DNA from: Methylophaga frappieri | Lineage (GTDB): Bacteria; Pseudomonadota; Gammaproteobacteria; Nitrosococcales; Methylophagaceae | Assembly: GCF_000260965.1 (NCBI RefSeq) | Contig: NC_017856.1 | Span: 780,001 to 812,000, forward strand | Direction of reading: 5' to 3' | DNA length: 32,000 bases | Shown here: piece by piece, positions 17,329 to 27,804 of the stretch | How positions within the stretch are numbered: the first letter of the stretch is position 1 | How the letters are laid out: each line of letters opens with the position of its first letter | Notes under the pieces: model-generated | The model's database searches: none | Told to the model about the DNA's origin: nothing | What the model saw: the letters and a program-made list of their open reading frames with translations, nothing else | Translations under genes and position numbers: made by a program

Positions 17329-17874
17329 TCAGGGATAAACCTCAGCATCAGCAAATAAGCGACCTTGGCGATCTTTTTCTGACAGTTGTGGCGCGTTGGT
17401 CAATGGCCAATCAATTGCCAATTGGGGATCATCCCATCGCACTGTTCGCTCAAACTCGGGTGCATAGTAATCGGTTGTTTTATAAATAAAATCTGCCGTT
17501 TCACTAAGCACTAAAAAACCATGAGCAAAACCGGGCGGAATCCAGAGTTGTTCCTGCCCTTCAGCAGTGAGTACTTCACCTACCCACTGACCAAAACTGG
17601 CGGCGTGTTGGCGTAAATCGACAGCTACATCAAATACCTTGCCACTGAGAACACGCACTAACTTACCTTGTGGTTGCTGGATTTGATAATGCAGACCACG
17701 TAATACGCCTTGCATGGATCGGGAGTGATTGTCCTGCACAAATTCCAGATCAAGCCCTAACTGCGCCTTTAGGGTGCGTTTATTATAGCTTTCCATAAAA
17801 AAGCCACGAGCATCGCCAAAAACACGCGGTTTCAGCAGTTTGACTTCGGGTATCGCGGTATCCATGACTTGCAT
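17329..17874 (-). CDS. rfbC: dTDP-4-dehydrorhamnose 3,5-epimerase
   Basis: 181 aa with FGDARGFFMESYN, LRGLHYQ and AHGF, the hallmark RmlC cupin motifs. Confidence 0.93.
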   Translation of the reverse strand: MQVMDTAIPEVKLLKPRVFGDARGFFMESYNKRTLKAQLGLDLEFVQDNHSRSMQGVLRGLHYQIQQPQGKLVRVLSGKVFDVAVDLRQHAASFGQWVGEVLTAEGQEQLWIPPGFAHGFLVLSETADFIYKTTDYYAPEFERTVRWDDPQLAIDWPLTNAPQLSEKDRQGRLFADAEVYP

Positions 17875-18758
17875 CAGAAAATGGTCTCATTAACCAGATG
17901 CTGCAAATAGGCGCCATAGCCACTTTTAACGAGCGGTTTTGCCAACGCCAATAATTGCTCAGCCGATATATAGCCCATCCGATAAGCGATTTCTTCCGGA
18001 CACATCACTTTCAAGCCTTGTCGGCGTTCAATGGTTTGAATAAAAGTAGAAGCATCCAACAATGCATCATGGGTACCAGTATCCAGCCACGCCATGCCGC
18101 GCCCCATTGCCTCAACATGCAACTGTCCTGCACTGAGATATTGGCGGTTCACATCGGTAATTTCCAGTTCGCCGCGCGCAGAAGGCGTCAGGTTTTGAGC
18201 GATGTCCCGCACCTGATTATCATAAAAATACAGGCCAGTGACAGCATAACGGGAACGCGGCTGAGCCGGTTTTTCTTCAATATGCGTTGCACTACCGGCT
18301 TTATCAAATTCAACGACTCCATATCTTTCCGGGTCGCTGACCGGGTAGGCAAAAACGCTGGCGCCGTCTTTGCGGTCATCCGCATCCTGCATTAATTCCA
18401 TCAGCTCATGTCCATAAAACAGATTGTCACCCAGAATCAAAGCACACGGATTATTATTAATAAAGCTGTCGGCAATCGTAAACGCTTCAGCGATACCTTT
18501 AGGTTCAATTTGCACCCGATATTGCAGCGCGATCCCCCAGTCTGATCCATCGCCTAACAGCGCCTGAAGCAGTGGCGTATCTTTCGGTGTTGAAATGATG
18601 CAAATATCCCGTATCCCTGCCAGCATCAAGGTTGCCAGCGGATAATAAATCATTGGTTTATCGTAGACGGGTAACAATTGTTTACAGACGGATTGCGTGA
18701 CTGGATATAGCCGTGTGCCACTGCCTCCCGCCAGTAAAATACCCTTGCGCTGACTCAT
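17874..18758 (-). CDS. rfbA: Glucose-1-phosphate thymidylyltransferase
   Basis: [17 protein letters not shown] signature at the N-terminus. 294 aa. Confidence 0.95.
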   Translation of the reverse strand: MSQRKGILLAGGSGTRLYPVTQSVCKQLLPVYDKPMIYYPLATLMLAGIRDICIISTPKDTPLLQALLGDGSDWGIALQYRVQIEPKGIAEAFTIADSFINNNPCALILGDNLFYGHELMELMQDADDRKDGASVFAYPVSDPERYGVVEFDKAGSATHIEEKPAQPRSRYAVTGLYFYDNQVRDIAQNLTPSARGELEITDVNRQYLSAGQLHVEAMGRGMAWLDTGTHDALLDASTFIQTIERRQGLKVMCPEEIAYRMGYISAEQLLALAKPLVKSGYGAYLQHLVNETIF

Positions 18759-19828
18759 AATCCCAGCTCCTGCAGGCCAAGCCGCTGCTGCTGATAGTGA
18801 CCATTTTGGATTTGCTTACACCAATCATGGTTATCCAAGTACCACTGCACCGTTTTCTGTAATCCGCTGTCAAAATCTTCTCGTGGCTGCCAGCCTAGTT
18901 CACGACGAATTTTACTGGCATCAATTGCATAACGTACGTCATGGCCGGGGCGATCTGTGACAAACTGAATCAATTCCCGATACGTGCGTCCTGATGTAGT
19001 CGGTTGCAAGCTGTCGAGCGTTGAGCAAATCTGATTGACGACTTCAAGATTAGTGCGCTCATTCTGACCACCAATATTATAAGTTTCGCCCGGCCGGCCT
19101 TGCTCCAAAATAAGCTGAAGTGCCCGAACATGATCTTCAACATAAAGCCAATCACGAATATGTTGACCATCACCATAAACCGGTAAGCTTTTGCCAGCTA
19201 ATCCGTTTAAAATCATTAGTGGAATCAATTTTTCCGGAAACTGATAAGGGCCATAGTTATTTGAGCAATTGGTGACCAATACTGGCAAACCATAGGTGTG
19301 ATGCCATGCCCGAACCAGATGATCACTGCCCGCTTTAGTTGCTGAATAGGGTGAATTGGGTTGATAGGGGCTGGCTTCCGAAAACAGGCCATGTTCACCC
19401 AGCGTTCCAAAGACTTCATCCGTCGAAATATGTTGAAATCGAAACTGTCGCTGCTCTGAACCGCGCAATGTTGTCCAATAACTTCGCGCCGCCTCCAGCA
19501 GTGTGTAGGTACCAATTAAATTGGTTTGTACAAATGCGGCGGGCCCATCTATTGAGCGATCAACATGTGACTCTGCCGCCAAATGCAAAATCGCCGCGGG
19601 TCGATAATCGGCAAACAGCTGTTGCATTCTAGTGGCATCGGCAATATCTGCTTGAATAAAATGATATCGCTGATGGTCAACGACCTGTGCCAGCGAGGCC
19701 AGATTGCCAGCATAAGTCAACTTATCAATATTAATAACCTGATAATCCGTCGTTTTTATCAAATGACGGATTAATGCAGAACCGATAAAGCCGGCACCGC
19801 CTGTAATCAATAAGGTCTTGGCATTCAT
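18755..19828 (-). CDS. rfbB: dTDP-glucose 4,6-dehydratase
   Basis: [26 protein letters not shown] (YxxxK) and [18 protein letters not shown] preferred the start at MNAKTLL (19828); the ORF track begins at 19879. Confidence 0.93.
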   Translation of the reverse strand: MNAKTLLITGGAGFIGSALIRHLIKTTDYQVINIDKLTYAGNLASLAQVVDHQRYHFIQADIADATRMQQLFADYRPAAILHLAAESHVDRSIDGPAAFVQTNLIGTYTLLEAARSYWTTLRGSEQRQFRFQHISTDEVFGTLGEHGLFSEASPYQPNSPYSATKAGSDHLVRAWHHTYGLPVLVTNCSNNYGPYQFPEKLIPLMILNGLAGKSLPVYGDGQHIRDWLYVEDHVRALQLILEQGRPGETYNIGGQNERTNLEVVNQICSTLDSLQPTTSGRTYRELIQFVTDRPGHDVRYAIDASKIRRELGWQPREDFDSGLQKTVQWYLDNHDWCKQIQNGHYQQQRLGLQELGL

Positions 19829-20099
19829 TCCGGTGAGTTTACCTGAGTCGTTGTTAATGATCGCGTTGTTATCACTCAAGCTGTTTTTATTCCGGTTTAG
19901 TCATGCTGTGCCGCTTTTCGTCATCATCCTCAATAACGTCCATATTTGTAGAATCAGGCAAGAATAAACTTTTTTTAGGCAAGCCAGAGATTACCCACTT
20001 TTTTATTATATAAGCCAGTAACTATATGAATAACAAACAACACTACAACATTTAACTTATATCCTTTAAACGCCTGTCAATATTTGTCTGGAGACTTTT

Positions 20100-21155
20100 A
20101 TGAAAACTGTTGCTTATGCTGCACAAAACGCAGCCAGTCCGCTGGCGCCATTTGCCTTTGAGCGCCGGGCCTTGCGGGCGAATGATGTCGCCATGGAAAT
20201 TCTCTATTGCGGTGTGTGTCACTCCGATCTGCACATGGCACGTAACGACTGGGACTGGTCAGTTTATCCGCTTGTGCCCGGTCATGAAATTATCGGCCGC
20301 GTGACTGACGTTGGCACTGACGTGACCAAATTCAAGACCGGTGATCACGTAGCCGTCGGTTGTATGGTCGATAGCTGTCAGCACTGTGATCAATGCCATA
20401 ACGGCGAGGAACAGTTTTGCCGGGAGGGCATGACACTGACCTACGGCTCGCCGGATCGCATTGACGGCGCGATTACCCACGGTGGCTATTCCAAACATCT
20501 GGTCGCCCGCGAAGAGTTTGTGCTGCGTGTTCCTGACGGTCTCGACCTGTCACGGGTCGCGCCCCTGCTCTGCGCCGGTATCACTACTTACTCGCCGTTA
20601 AGAACCTGGGGTGTGGGCCCGGGCAGTCGCGTTGCCGTGGTCGGTATGGGCGGCCTGGGTCACATGGCGATTAAACTGGCCGTTGGACTCGGAGCCCATG
20701 TCACCGTGATCAGCCGCTCGGCCAGCAAAGAAGCCGATGCCAGGGAGCTGGGCGCCGATGCCTTTTTGGTATCCAGCGATGAGCGCGCAATGGAAGCCGC
20801 AGCATCCAGTTTTGACCTGATTGTGGATACAGTGCCGGTCAAACATGATCTGACCCCCTACACACCATTGCTGGACGTCGATGCCACCCTGGCCTTGGTC
20901 GGCCAGTTAGGTCCAGTTGATGAAGTTCAAACGACACCATTACTGATGGGCCGCCGTCGGGTAGCCGGCTCCTTGATTGGCGGCATTAAAGAGACCCAGG
21001 AAATGCTCGATTTCTGTGCTCGCATGAACATTTTGCCCGAATGCGAAATGATTCAAATGGATGAAATCAATGACGCCTTCGAACGTATGGAGCGATCGGA
21101 TGTCCGCTATCGCTTTGTTATTGATATGGCTTCACTGGCTCTCGTCAACGACTGA
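20100..21155 (+). CDS. Zinc-dependent NAD(P) alcohol dehydrogenase / aldehyde reductase (cinnamyl-ADH / YahK-like class)
   Basis: GVCHSDLH and GHEIIGRV zinc-ligand motifs, the structural-zinc cluster CQHCDQCHNGEEQFC, and GMGGLGHMAIKLA Rossmann. An SD-like GGAGA lies 5 nt upstream of the ATG. Confidence 0.9.
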   Translation: MKTVAYAAQNAASPLAPFAFERRALRANDVAMEILYCGVCHSDLHMARNDWDWSVYPLVPGHEIIGRVTDVGTDVTKFKTGDHVAVGCMVDSCQHCDQCHNGEEQFCREGMTLTYGSPDRIDGAITHGGYSKHLVAREEFVLRVPDGLDLSRVAPLLCAGITTYSPLRTWGVGPGSRVAVVGMGGLGHMAIKLAVGLGAHVTVISRSASKEADARELGADAFLVSSDERAMEAAASSFDLIVDTVPVKHDLTPYTPLLDVDATLALVGQLGPVDEVQTTPLLMGRRRVAGSLIGGIKETQEMLDFCARMNILPECEMIQMDEINDAFERMERSDVRYRFVIDMASLALVND

Positions 21156-21175
21156 TACCGGCGTAATCAACAAGC

Positions 21176-22087
21176 TCAGCGATTCATGCTTGTTTCAATA
21201 TCCGGTTTCAGTTTCAGGGTGTTGTCAATAAAGGGTTTGACGATGGCTGAGTGATTGCTCCGTTTGTAGTGCAACTGCAAGGGAATCGCTTTGTCGACTT
21301 CACTTATGGTCAGAAAGTGACAGCCCTGAGTGTGTTGCTTGGTAATGCATTGTGGTCCGATAGCGACGCCGAGACCGGCAGCGACTTCGGTCAGCAGTGT
21401 CTGCATATGGCGAGGCTGACTGATGATGTTGGGAGAAAAACCGGATTCGCGGCACAGCAGAATAATGTCGTCGAACAACCCCACCGCTTCATCACGGTTA
21501 AATAGGATAAAGGGTTCTTTTTGCAGTTGTTCCAACCTGACCATTTTGTATGCGGCCAGTGGATGGTTCTCGTTCACCACGACGACGAGCTGATCTATAT
21601 AGATGTCATGACTGACAAAGCTATCCACCAGGCTGCTGGGCATGGGTCTGGAAAAACCGATATCAATACTGTCTTGCTCAAACGCAGACAGCTGTTCGCT
21701 GACAGTCATCTCAAACAGGCTGACATGGACATCAGGAAAGACCTTGCGGTAAGTACTTACCAGAGTGGCCATAAATGGCAGGCAGGCAGAAGGCATATGG
21801 GCAATTTTGAGCGTACCGATTTCGCCATGATGTGCGCGTTTGACATTGCTGCTGGCCATTTCAATCAGCTTGAGAATGTGCTGTGCATCCTGCAGCAACT
21901 GCTCGCCGGCCGGAGTGATCATCACTTCCCTCGAATTTCTGACAAACAGGGACACCCCGAGAGACGACTCAAGCTGCGCGATATGACGGCTGATAGCGGG
22001 CTGTACGGTATGCAGCTCTCTGGCCGCAGCAGAAAAGTTCTGATGATTGGCGACGCTGATAAAGCTGCGGAGCATTTTAAGGTCCAT
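21176..22087 (-). CDS. LysR-family transcriptional regulator
   Basis: The N-terminal HTH MLRSFISVANHQNFSAAARELHTVQPAISRHIAQLESSLGVSLFVR plus a roughly 200-aa substrate-binding domain. Confidence 0.92.
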   Translation of the reverse strand: MDLKMLRSFISVANHQNFSAAARELHTVQPAISRHIAQLESSLGVSLFVRNSREVMITPAGEQLLQDAQHILKLIEMASSNVKRAHHGEIGTLKIAHMPSACLPFMATLVSTYRKVFPDVHVSLFEMTVSEQLSAFEQDSIDIGFSRPMPSSLVDSFVSHDIYIDQLVVVVNENHPLAAYKMVRLEQLQKEPFILFNRDEAVGLFDDIILLCRESGFSPNIISQPRHMQTLLTEVAAGLGVAIGPQCITKQHTQGCHFLTISEVDKAIPLQLHYKRSNHSAIVKPFIDNTLKLKPDIETSMNR

Positions 22088-22097
22088 AGGCCTTCCT

Positions 22098-22112
22098 ATA
22101 CAAAATATGTAT
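22098..22112. promoter_or_regulatory. LTTR-type box ATAC-N7-GTAT (T-N11-A) in the LysR/MFS divergent region
   Basis: ATACAAAATATGTAT read directly from the sequence, 11 nt upstream of the LysR ATG (22087). It fits the generic T-N11-A dyad for LysR-type regulators. Confidence 0.45.
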
Positions 22113-22221
22113 TACTGCCATATAAAAATAACATTTCTGGTATAGCTTTGTTCGCCGTAAGCTGATGCAAAACATTATTTCTCTTATCCAGCTTGACGAA
22201 CGGAGTCGAACAGAAACTGCC

Positions 22222-23373
22222 ATGGACAAAACACCGTCTTTATCCAGCTCTGCCATTATGACGCTGCTCTGCATCGCCAGCCTGACAATTATGGTCGGTG
22301 CAGTCATTGCTCCCGGCCTACCCCAGATCGCCGCAGCGCTGAATGTGGCTGCACATCCGGGCTGGTTGATGACGCTGCCGGCTCTAGGCGCTATTTTGTT
22401 TGCGCCGCTGGCAGGCCGGATCATTGACAGCGTGGGCGCGTACCGAAGCCTGACAGTCGGTCTGTTTTGCTACGGTTTGTTGGGCGTGATGCTGATCTGG
22501 CTGCACAGCCCGGGCTGGATCTACACCGATCGCTTGATGTTGGGAGGGATGACAGTCATGGTCATGGCAGCCACGACCATGCTTATTTCTCAATGGTTCA
22601 GCGGCGAGGCGCGCCTGGCGATGATAGCCAAACAGGGTATGGCCATTGAGATAGGCGGTGTGGTGTTCCTGTTTCTGGGCGGCGTGTTTGCCAGCCTGCA
22701 CTGGGCTTTGCCCTTGAGCATTTATCTTTTCGCCTGGCTGTTTTTAGTGATGTTGCGCCAGTATGTCCCCTCGCATCATCCTGCCATTAACGAAAGTGAT
22801 GACAAGACATTGACTGCCCTTGAACAAGCGGCGGACATGCCGTTACGGCTGATCTTTTTTATCACTGGCTTATCGATGTTGATCTTTTTCTCGACGGTGG
22901 TGGTGTTGCCGGTGACGCTGGCTGCCGATGGTTATAGTGAAGCCGAAGTCGGGTATCTGCTGGCCTTCAGTTCTTTTATTGCCATGCTTTCAGCCTATTG
23001 CATGCCGTTGTTGGCTTTACGTTTGGGGGAAACTCGCTTGCTGATGCTGGCCTTTGTGTTCTATGGCGCAGCGCACTGTCTGTTCTGGCAGAGCAATGCC
23101 ACCGGGTTGTTGATCATGGCCGCGATAGGCAATGGCATCGGCTTTGGTTTCAGTATCCCGCTACTCAATCACATGACCGTGATGCGCAGTGCCAGCAAGG
23201 CGCGTGGCAAAAACCTGTCTTACTATGCGATGGCCGTTTTTTCCGGGCAATTGATGACGTCATTCGTGACATTACTGCCTGACTATCAAAGCCGCGCATT
23301 CATGGTGACGACCACGCTGGCCTGCCTGACTGGCGCCGGTTTGCTTGTTTATCTACGCCAGCAGGCGCGGTGA
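22222..23373 (+). CDS. MFS transporter
   Basis: A protein of roughly 383-402 aa made of repeated hydrophobic helices. It contains the LFAPLAGRIIDSVGAYRS loop, matching the MFS motif A (G-x-x-x-D-R/K-x-G-R) position. The start is ambiguous between 22165 and 22222. Confidence 0.8.
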   Translation: MDKTPSLSSSAIMTLLCIASLTIMVGAVIAPGLPQIAAALNVAAHPGWLMTLPALGAILFAPLAGRIIDSVGAYRSLTVGLFCYGLLGVMLIWLHSPGWIYTDRLMLGGMTVMVMAATTMLISQWFSGEARLAMIAKQGMAIEIGGVVFLFLGGVFASLHWALPLSIYLFAWLFLVMLRQYVPSHHPAINESDDKTLTALEQAADMPLRLIFFITGLSMLIFFSTVVVLPVTLAADGYSEAEVGYLLAFSSFIAMLSAYCMPLLALRLGETRLLMLAFVFYGAAHCLFWQSNATGLLIMAAIGNGIGFGFSIPLLNHMTVMRSASKARGKNLSYYAMAVFSGQLMTSFVTLLPDYQSRAFMVTTTLACLTGAGLLVYLRQQAR

Positions 23374-23451
23374 TGAAGGCTTTAACCAATTATTAACTTT
23401 ACGATGTTTAACATGAATTTTTATCAAGCATTAACTGTTGGAGAGTCAACG

Positions 23452-24621
23452 ATGCGTATTTCCTATTTTGCTTTTCTCACTTTGTTGACCCTGGTGGTCT
23501 CTGGTTGTAACGATACCGACGCCAAAGCGACCCAAACTCCAGCCGCTCCGCCGCCAGCTGAAGTTGATGTTGCCCTGCCCCTCAAACATCAACTAACCGA
23601 CTGGGACGAATTTACCGGCCGCTTTGAAGCCATCAGCAATGTACAACTTCGTGCCCGTGTCACCGGTTATTTGGTGGAGAAAAAGTTCAAAGACGGGCAA
23701 ACCGTGAAAAAAGGCGACGTCCTGTTTGTCATCGACCCACGTCCGTTCCGCTATGAGTTACAACGCGTGGAAGCCCAGCACCAGTTGGCGAAAAAGGAAT
23801 GGGAACGGGCCAGTAACCTGCGTGAAACCAAAGCCATTTCCCAGGAAGAGGTAGATCGCCGTTTTCAGGAGCTGCAAATTGCCAAGGCGACACTCGACAA
23901 TGCGCGTCTGCAGATACAGTTTACCGAAGTAATTTCTCCCATTGATGGCAAGGTGAGTGACAGCTTTGCCGATGTTGGCAATATGGTGGAAGAAAACGAA
24001 ACCATCCTGACTCGTATCGTCAGCACCAATCCGATCCATTTTCGTTTTGAGGGCTCACAAGGCGATCTGCTTAAATACATCCGCCTGGACCGAGCGGGGC
24101 AACGCCCCAGTAGTGATACCGCGCCTAATCCGATTTATATCAAGTTGATGGACGAAGACAAGTTTTACCACCATGGCAAGATGAACTTCGTCGATAATGC
24201 TGTCGATAGCGCCACCGGCACCATTCAGGCCACCGCCGAGGTGAATAATGATGCCGGCATCATCTACCCCGGCCTGTTCGGCCGTGCCCGGTTACTGGGC
24301 CGCGCCAATTATGAGGCGGTGCTGGTGCCGGAAAGCGCCATCAACACCGATCAGGACAAGAAATTTGTCTACATCGTCAACGGCGATGACCAGGTGCAAC
24401 GCCAGTACGTTACGGTCGGCAACTTGCTCGATAACGACTTTATTGTTATCAGCACCGGCCTCACTGGTGAGGAACGTGTGGTTGTCAACGGCATTCAGCG
24501 TATTCGGCAGGCCCAGCAAGTCGTCAGTCCCAATATGACCGAACTGGAATGGCGTGAAATCGAAACCATCGTTCACAACGAAGACGCCTCGCAAGCGGTT
24601 GACGTCGCCGAGCAGGAATAA
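23452..24621 (+). CDS. RND efflux periplasmic adaptor (membrane fusion protein), lipoprotein
   Basis: The MRISYFAFLTLLTLVVSGC signal has a lipobox, and GGAGAG lies 6 nt upstream of the ATG at 23452. ARVTGYLVEKKFKDGQTVKKGDVLFVIDPRPF is the typical lipoyl/hairpin region of AcrA/MexA-type adaptors. Confidence 0.9.
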   Translation: MRISYFAFLTLLTLVVSGCNDTDAKATQTPAAPPPAEVDVALPLKHQLTDWDEFTGRFEAISNVQLRARVTGYLVEKKFKDGQTVKKGDVLFVIDPRPFRYELQRVEAQHQLAKKEWERASNLRETKAISQEEVDRRFQELQIAKATLDNARLQIQFTEVISPIDGKVSDSFADVGNMVEENETILTRIVSTNPIHFRFEGSQGDLLKYIRLDRAGQRPSSDTAPNPIYIKLMDEDKFYHHGKMNFVDNAVDSATGTIQATAEVNNDAGIIYPGLFGRARLLGRANYEAVLVPESAINTDQDKKFVYIVNGDDQVQRQYVTVGNLLDNDFIVISTGLTGEERVVVNGIQRIRQAQQVVSPNMTELEWREIETIVHNEDASQAVDVAEQE

Positions 24622-24633
24622 GGAGTACTGACG

Positions 24634-27600
24634 ATGCAATTTCCTAAATTCTTTATCGACAGGCCGATTTTCGCCACCGTGATCTCTATCATCACGGTAA
24701 TTGTCGGCGTCATGGCCTTTTTGACGTTGCCGATTGAGCAATACCCTTCTGTTGCCCCGCCGACCATTCAGGTTTCGGCCAGCTACCCCGGTGCTACAGC
24801 CGAAACCGTGGCAGAAACAGTGGCGACGCCGATCGAGCAGGAAGTGAATGGTGTCGAAGGTATGCTGTACATGGATTCGCAAGCCTCTTCCGATGGCAGC
24901 ATGACGCTGACCATTACCTTTGAACTAGGCACGGATCTGGATACGGCTCAGGTGTTGGTGCAAAACCGCGTCGCTATTGCCGAACCGCGCCTGCCAGAAG
25001 TGGTGCGCAGTATGGGCGTGACCACCCGCAAAAACACGCCGGATCTGATGCTGGTGGTCAATATGTCTTCCCCGGATGGCACCTATGATCAGAACTATCT
25101 GGCTAACTACGGCGTGCTCAATGTGCGTGATCGTTTGCGTCGGATTGAGGGTGTCGGTGATGTCCGTGTGTTTGGTGCTGCCGATTACGCCATGCGGATC
25201 TGGCTCAAGCCTGATCTCTTGCAATCATTCGGGATTGCGGCCGGCGATATTATCAGTGCCCTGCGTAGCCAGAATGTCCAGGTTGCCAGTGGTACGCTGA
25301 ACAGCGCCCCGCAGACCGATCAGAATTATTATGAATATATCGTGCAGACTCAGGGACGCCTGGAATCGCCTGAAGAATTCGGTGACATCATTGTCAAGGC
25401 TGATGAAGGCAGGATTGTCCGGCTGAAAGACGTGGCCCGCGTTGAACTGGGTGCGCAGGAGTATGTGACCAAAGGCTACCTCGGCGAAAAGCCTGCCGTG
25501 GCCTTACCTATCTACCAACGCCCCGGCTCCAATGCGATCGCCACTACCGAAGCATTGATCGCTGAGATGAAAGATATCGCGGCTGATTTTCCGCCGGGTA
25601 TTGAATACGAATTTGCCTACAACCCTACCGAGTTTATCGAGCAATCAGTCGAAGCCGTGGAGTTCACGGTCTACGAGGCCGTGTTCCTGGTAGTGATAGT
25701 TATTCTGGTGTTTTTACAGACTTGGCGCGCGGCAATCATTCCCATTGTGGCTATTCCGGTGTCATTGATCGGCACCTTCGCGGTGATGTCAGCGCTGGGC
25801 TACTCTCTGAATAACCTGACCCTGTTCGGGCTGGTACTGGCCATCGGTATTGTAGTCGATGATGCCATTGTCATTGTCGAAAACATGGAAAGAAATCTGC
25901 GCAACGGCCTCTCGCCCCGCGAGTCTGCCCGCAAGACCATGGACGAGGTCGGCACCGCGCTGATTGCCATGGGCCTGGTGCTGGTAGCGGTATTTTTGCC
26001 TACCATGTTCCTGGAAGGTATTTCCGGACGCTTCTATCAGGCCTTTGGTCTGACGGTCGCAGTAGCTACTCTGATCTCGGTGTCTGTCTCGCTGACCCTG
26101 TCTCCGGCGCTGGCGGCTATCCTGATGAAGGTTGATCCCAATCATGACAAACCGGTCAAATGGTATAAGTCGCCAGTCAAAGCCTTTTTCAATGGTTTTA
26201 ATAAAGGTATGTCGGGGCTGTCAGAGCGCTATGGCTGGTTTGTCGGCAAGACCATCCGCATGGGCTTTATCATGCTGCTGATCTATGGCGGATTGATGGC
26301 GCTGACTGCATTTCAATTCGACCGGGTACCGACTGGCTTTATTCCGTCACAGGATCAGGGCTCATTAATCGTGTCGATTACCCTGCCTGAGGGTGCATCA
26401 CTGAGCGAAACTGATGAAGTCGTTCAGGAAGTGACCCGCGAAATGCTCAAAGTGCCGGGCCTGGCCAATACCGTTGGCTTCACCGGTTTCTCTGGTGCCA
26501 CACGAACCTTGCAGTCCAATGCGGCGGTGATTTTTACGCCACTGGAATCCTTTGATAAGCGTATTGCTGAAGGCATTGAGTACCAGACTATCCTCAGTGA
26601 TATGCGGGCTGTGGGTGCCTCGTTCAAAAACGCCAGTATTGCCGTATTTGAGCGTCCCCCGGTGCCAGGCATCGGTAATGCCGGTGGCTTTAAAATGATG
26701 CTGCAGGATCAGGGCGGTCGTGGTCTGAAGGTGTTGGAGCAGGCAGCTATTGATATGGCTGCAGCAGCAAACAGCCCGGATAATCCGGCCACCACTGCGG
26801 CCTACACCTTCTTTAATACCAATAATCCGCAGCTTTACCTGGATATTGACCGTAATAAAGCCGAGCGTCTGGGTGTGCCCGTTGATAATGTGTTTGAAGC
26901 GCTGGAAGTGTTCATTGGTTCAGTTTATATCAATGATTTCAATTACCTGGGGCGTACTTTTAGAGTGACAGCCCAAGCTGAAGCACAAGAGCGGCTGACC
27001 ATTGATGATGCCCTGCGGATTCGGGTACGAAATAATGACGGCGACATGGTGCCTATCGGTTCCTTTGCCACTGTGGAAAATACCTCCGGTCCCTCCCGTG
27101 TGCCCCGCTACAACCTGTATCCGGCTGCCGGTGTAATGGGTAGTGCCAGCCCTGGTTTCAGTTCCGGTGAAGCTTTGAACGCGATGGAAGATCTGGCTGA
27201 TCAGATCCTGCCGGATGGCATTGGCTATGAATGGACTGAGATTGCCTATCAGCAAAAATCGACCGGTGACACCGCGGTGCTGGCCTTTGTGCTGGCGGTA
27301 GTCTTCGTCTTCTTGCTACTGGCAGCGCAATATGAGAGTTGGACCCTGCCTCTGTCCATCATTCTGATTGTGCCGATGTGTCTGTTATCTGCGATCACCG
27401 GCGTTTACATAGCCGGTATGGATAACAACATCCTGACCCAGATAGGTCTGGTGGTGTTGGTGGGGCTCGCCTCCAAGAATGCCATCCTCATCGTCGAGTT
27501 CGCCCGGGAACTGGAAGATCAGGGCCGTGATATGTGGCAGGCTGCGGTGGAAGCAGCGCGGCTTCGCCTGCGCCCGATTCTGATGACCTCGTTTGCCTTT

Positions 27601-27804
27601 ATTCTGGGCGTGGTGCCGATGGTGATTGCTACCGGTGCCGGCGCTGAAATGCGGCAGGCGCTGGGCGTTGCCGTGTTCTCGGGCATGCTGGGTGTGACTG
27701 CATTCGGTTTGATTTTCACGCCGGTGTTCTATGTGTTGTGTCGCAAACTGGCACTTATCGGCACCAAGAAAGACTCGAAAAAACTGTCTTCGGAGACTGT
27801 ATAA
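24634..27804 (+). CDS. RND multidrug/solvent efflux permease (HAE1, AcrB/MexB-like)
   Basis: 1056 aa. N-terminus FFIDRPIFATVISIITVIVG...YPSVAPPTIQVSASYPGA, and the conserved TM4 block GLVLAIGIVVDDAIVIVEN. AAGGAG lies 8 nt upstream of the ATG. Confidence 0.95.
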   Translation: MQFPKFFIDRPIFATVISIITVIVGVMAFLTLPIEQYPSVAPPTIQVSASYPGATAETVAETVATPIEQEVNGVEGMLYMDSQASSDGSMTLTITFELGTDLDTAQVLVQNRVAIAEPRLPEVVRSMGVTTRKNTPDLMLVVNMSSPDGTYDQNYLANYGVLNVRDRLRRIEGVGDVRVFGAADYAMRIWLKPDLLQSFGIAAGDIISALRSQNVQVASGTLNSAPQTDQNYYEYIVQTQGRLESPEEFGDIIVKADEGRIVRLKDVARVELGAQEYVTKGYLGEKPAVALPIYQRPGSNAIATTEALIAEMKDIAADFPPGIEYEFAYNPTEFIEQSVEAVEFTVYEAVFLVVIVILVFLQTWRAAIIPIVAIPVSLIGTFAVMSALGYSLNNLTLFGLVLAIGIVVDDAIVIVENMERNLRNGLSPRESARKTMDEVGTALIAMGLVLVAVFLPTMFLEGISGRFYQAFGLTVAVATLISVSVSLTLSPALAAILMKVDPNHDKPVKWYKSPVKAFFNGFNKGMSGLSERYGWFVGKTIRMGFIMLLIYGGLMALTAFQFDRVPTGFIPSQDQGSLIVSITLPEGASLSETDEVVQEVTREMLKVPGLANTVGFTGFSGATRTLQSNAAVIFTPLESFDKRIAEGIEYQTILSDMRAVGASFKNASIAVFERPPVPGIGNAGGFKMMLQDQGGRGLKVLEQAAIDMAAAANSPDNPATTAAYTFFNTNNPQLYLDIDRNKAERLGVPVDNVFEALEVFIGSVYINDFNYLGRTFRVTAQAEAQERLTIDDALRIRVRNNDGDMVPIGSFATVENTSGPSRVPRYNLYPAAGVMGSASPGFSSGEALNAMEDLADQILPDGIGYEWTEIAYQQKSTGDTAVLAFVLAVVFVFLLLAAQYESWTLPLSIILIVPMCLLSAITGVYIAGMDNNILTQIGLVVLVGLASKNAILIVEFARELEDQGRDMWQAAVEAARLRLRPILMTSFAFILGVVPMVIATGAGAEMRQALGVAVFSGMLGVTAFGLIFTPVFYVLCRKLALIGTKKDSKKLSSETV

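Noticed and set aside
19880-20099. Search for a JUMPStart/ops (GGCGGTAG) RfaH-recruitment element in the rfbB leader, and also in 11044-11284
   Set aside because: No GGCGGTAG is present on the minus strand. The closest matches are AGCGGCACAGCATG (19902-19915) and AGCGGCATGGATG (11217-11229). They share AGCGGCA with each other but lack the ops T6/A7/G8 positions. The resemblance is too weak to call a regulatory motif without comparative data.
21521-22165. Long antisense ORFs inside well-supported genes: 214 aa opposite LysR here, 196 aa at 24292-24882, 140 aa at 9711-10133, 146 aa at 17955-18395, 113 aa at 14914-15255 and others
   Set aside because: Each lies fully within a gene that has clear family motifs on the other strand. 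Their sequences are low-complexity (Arg/His/Gly-rich or similar). Such shadow ORFs are expected in GC-rich coding DNA.
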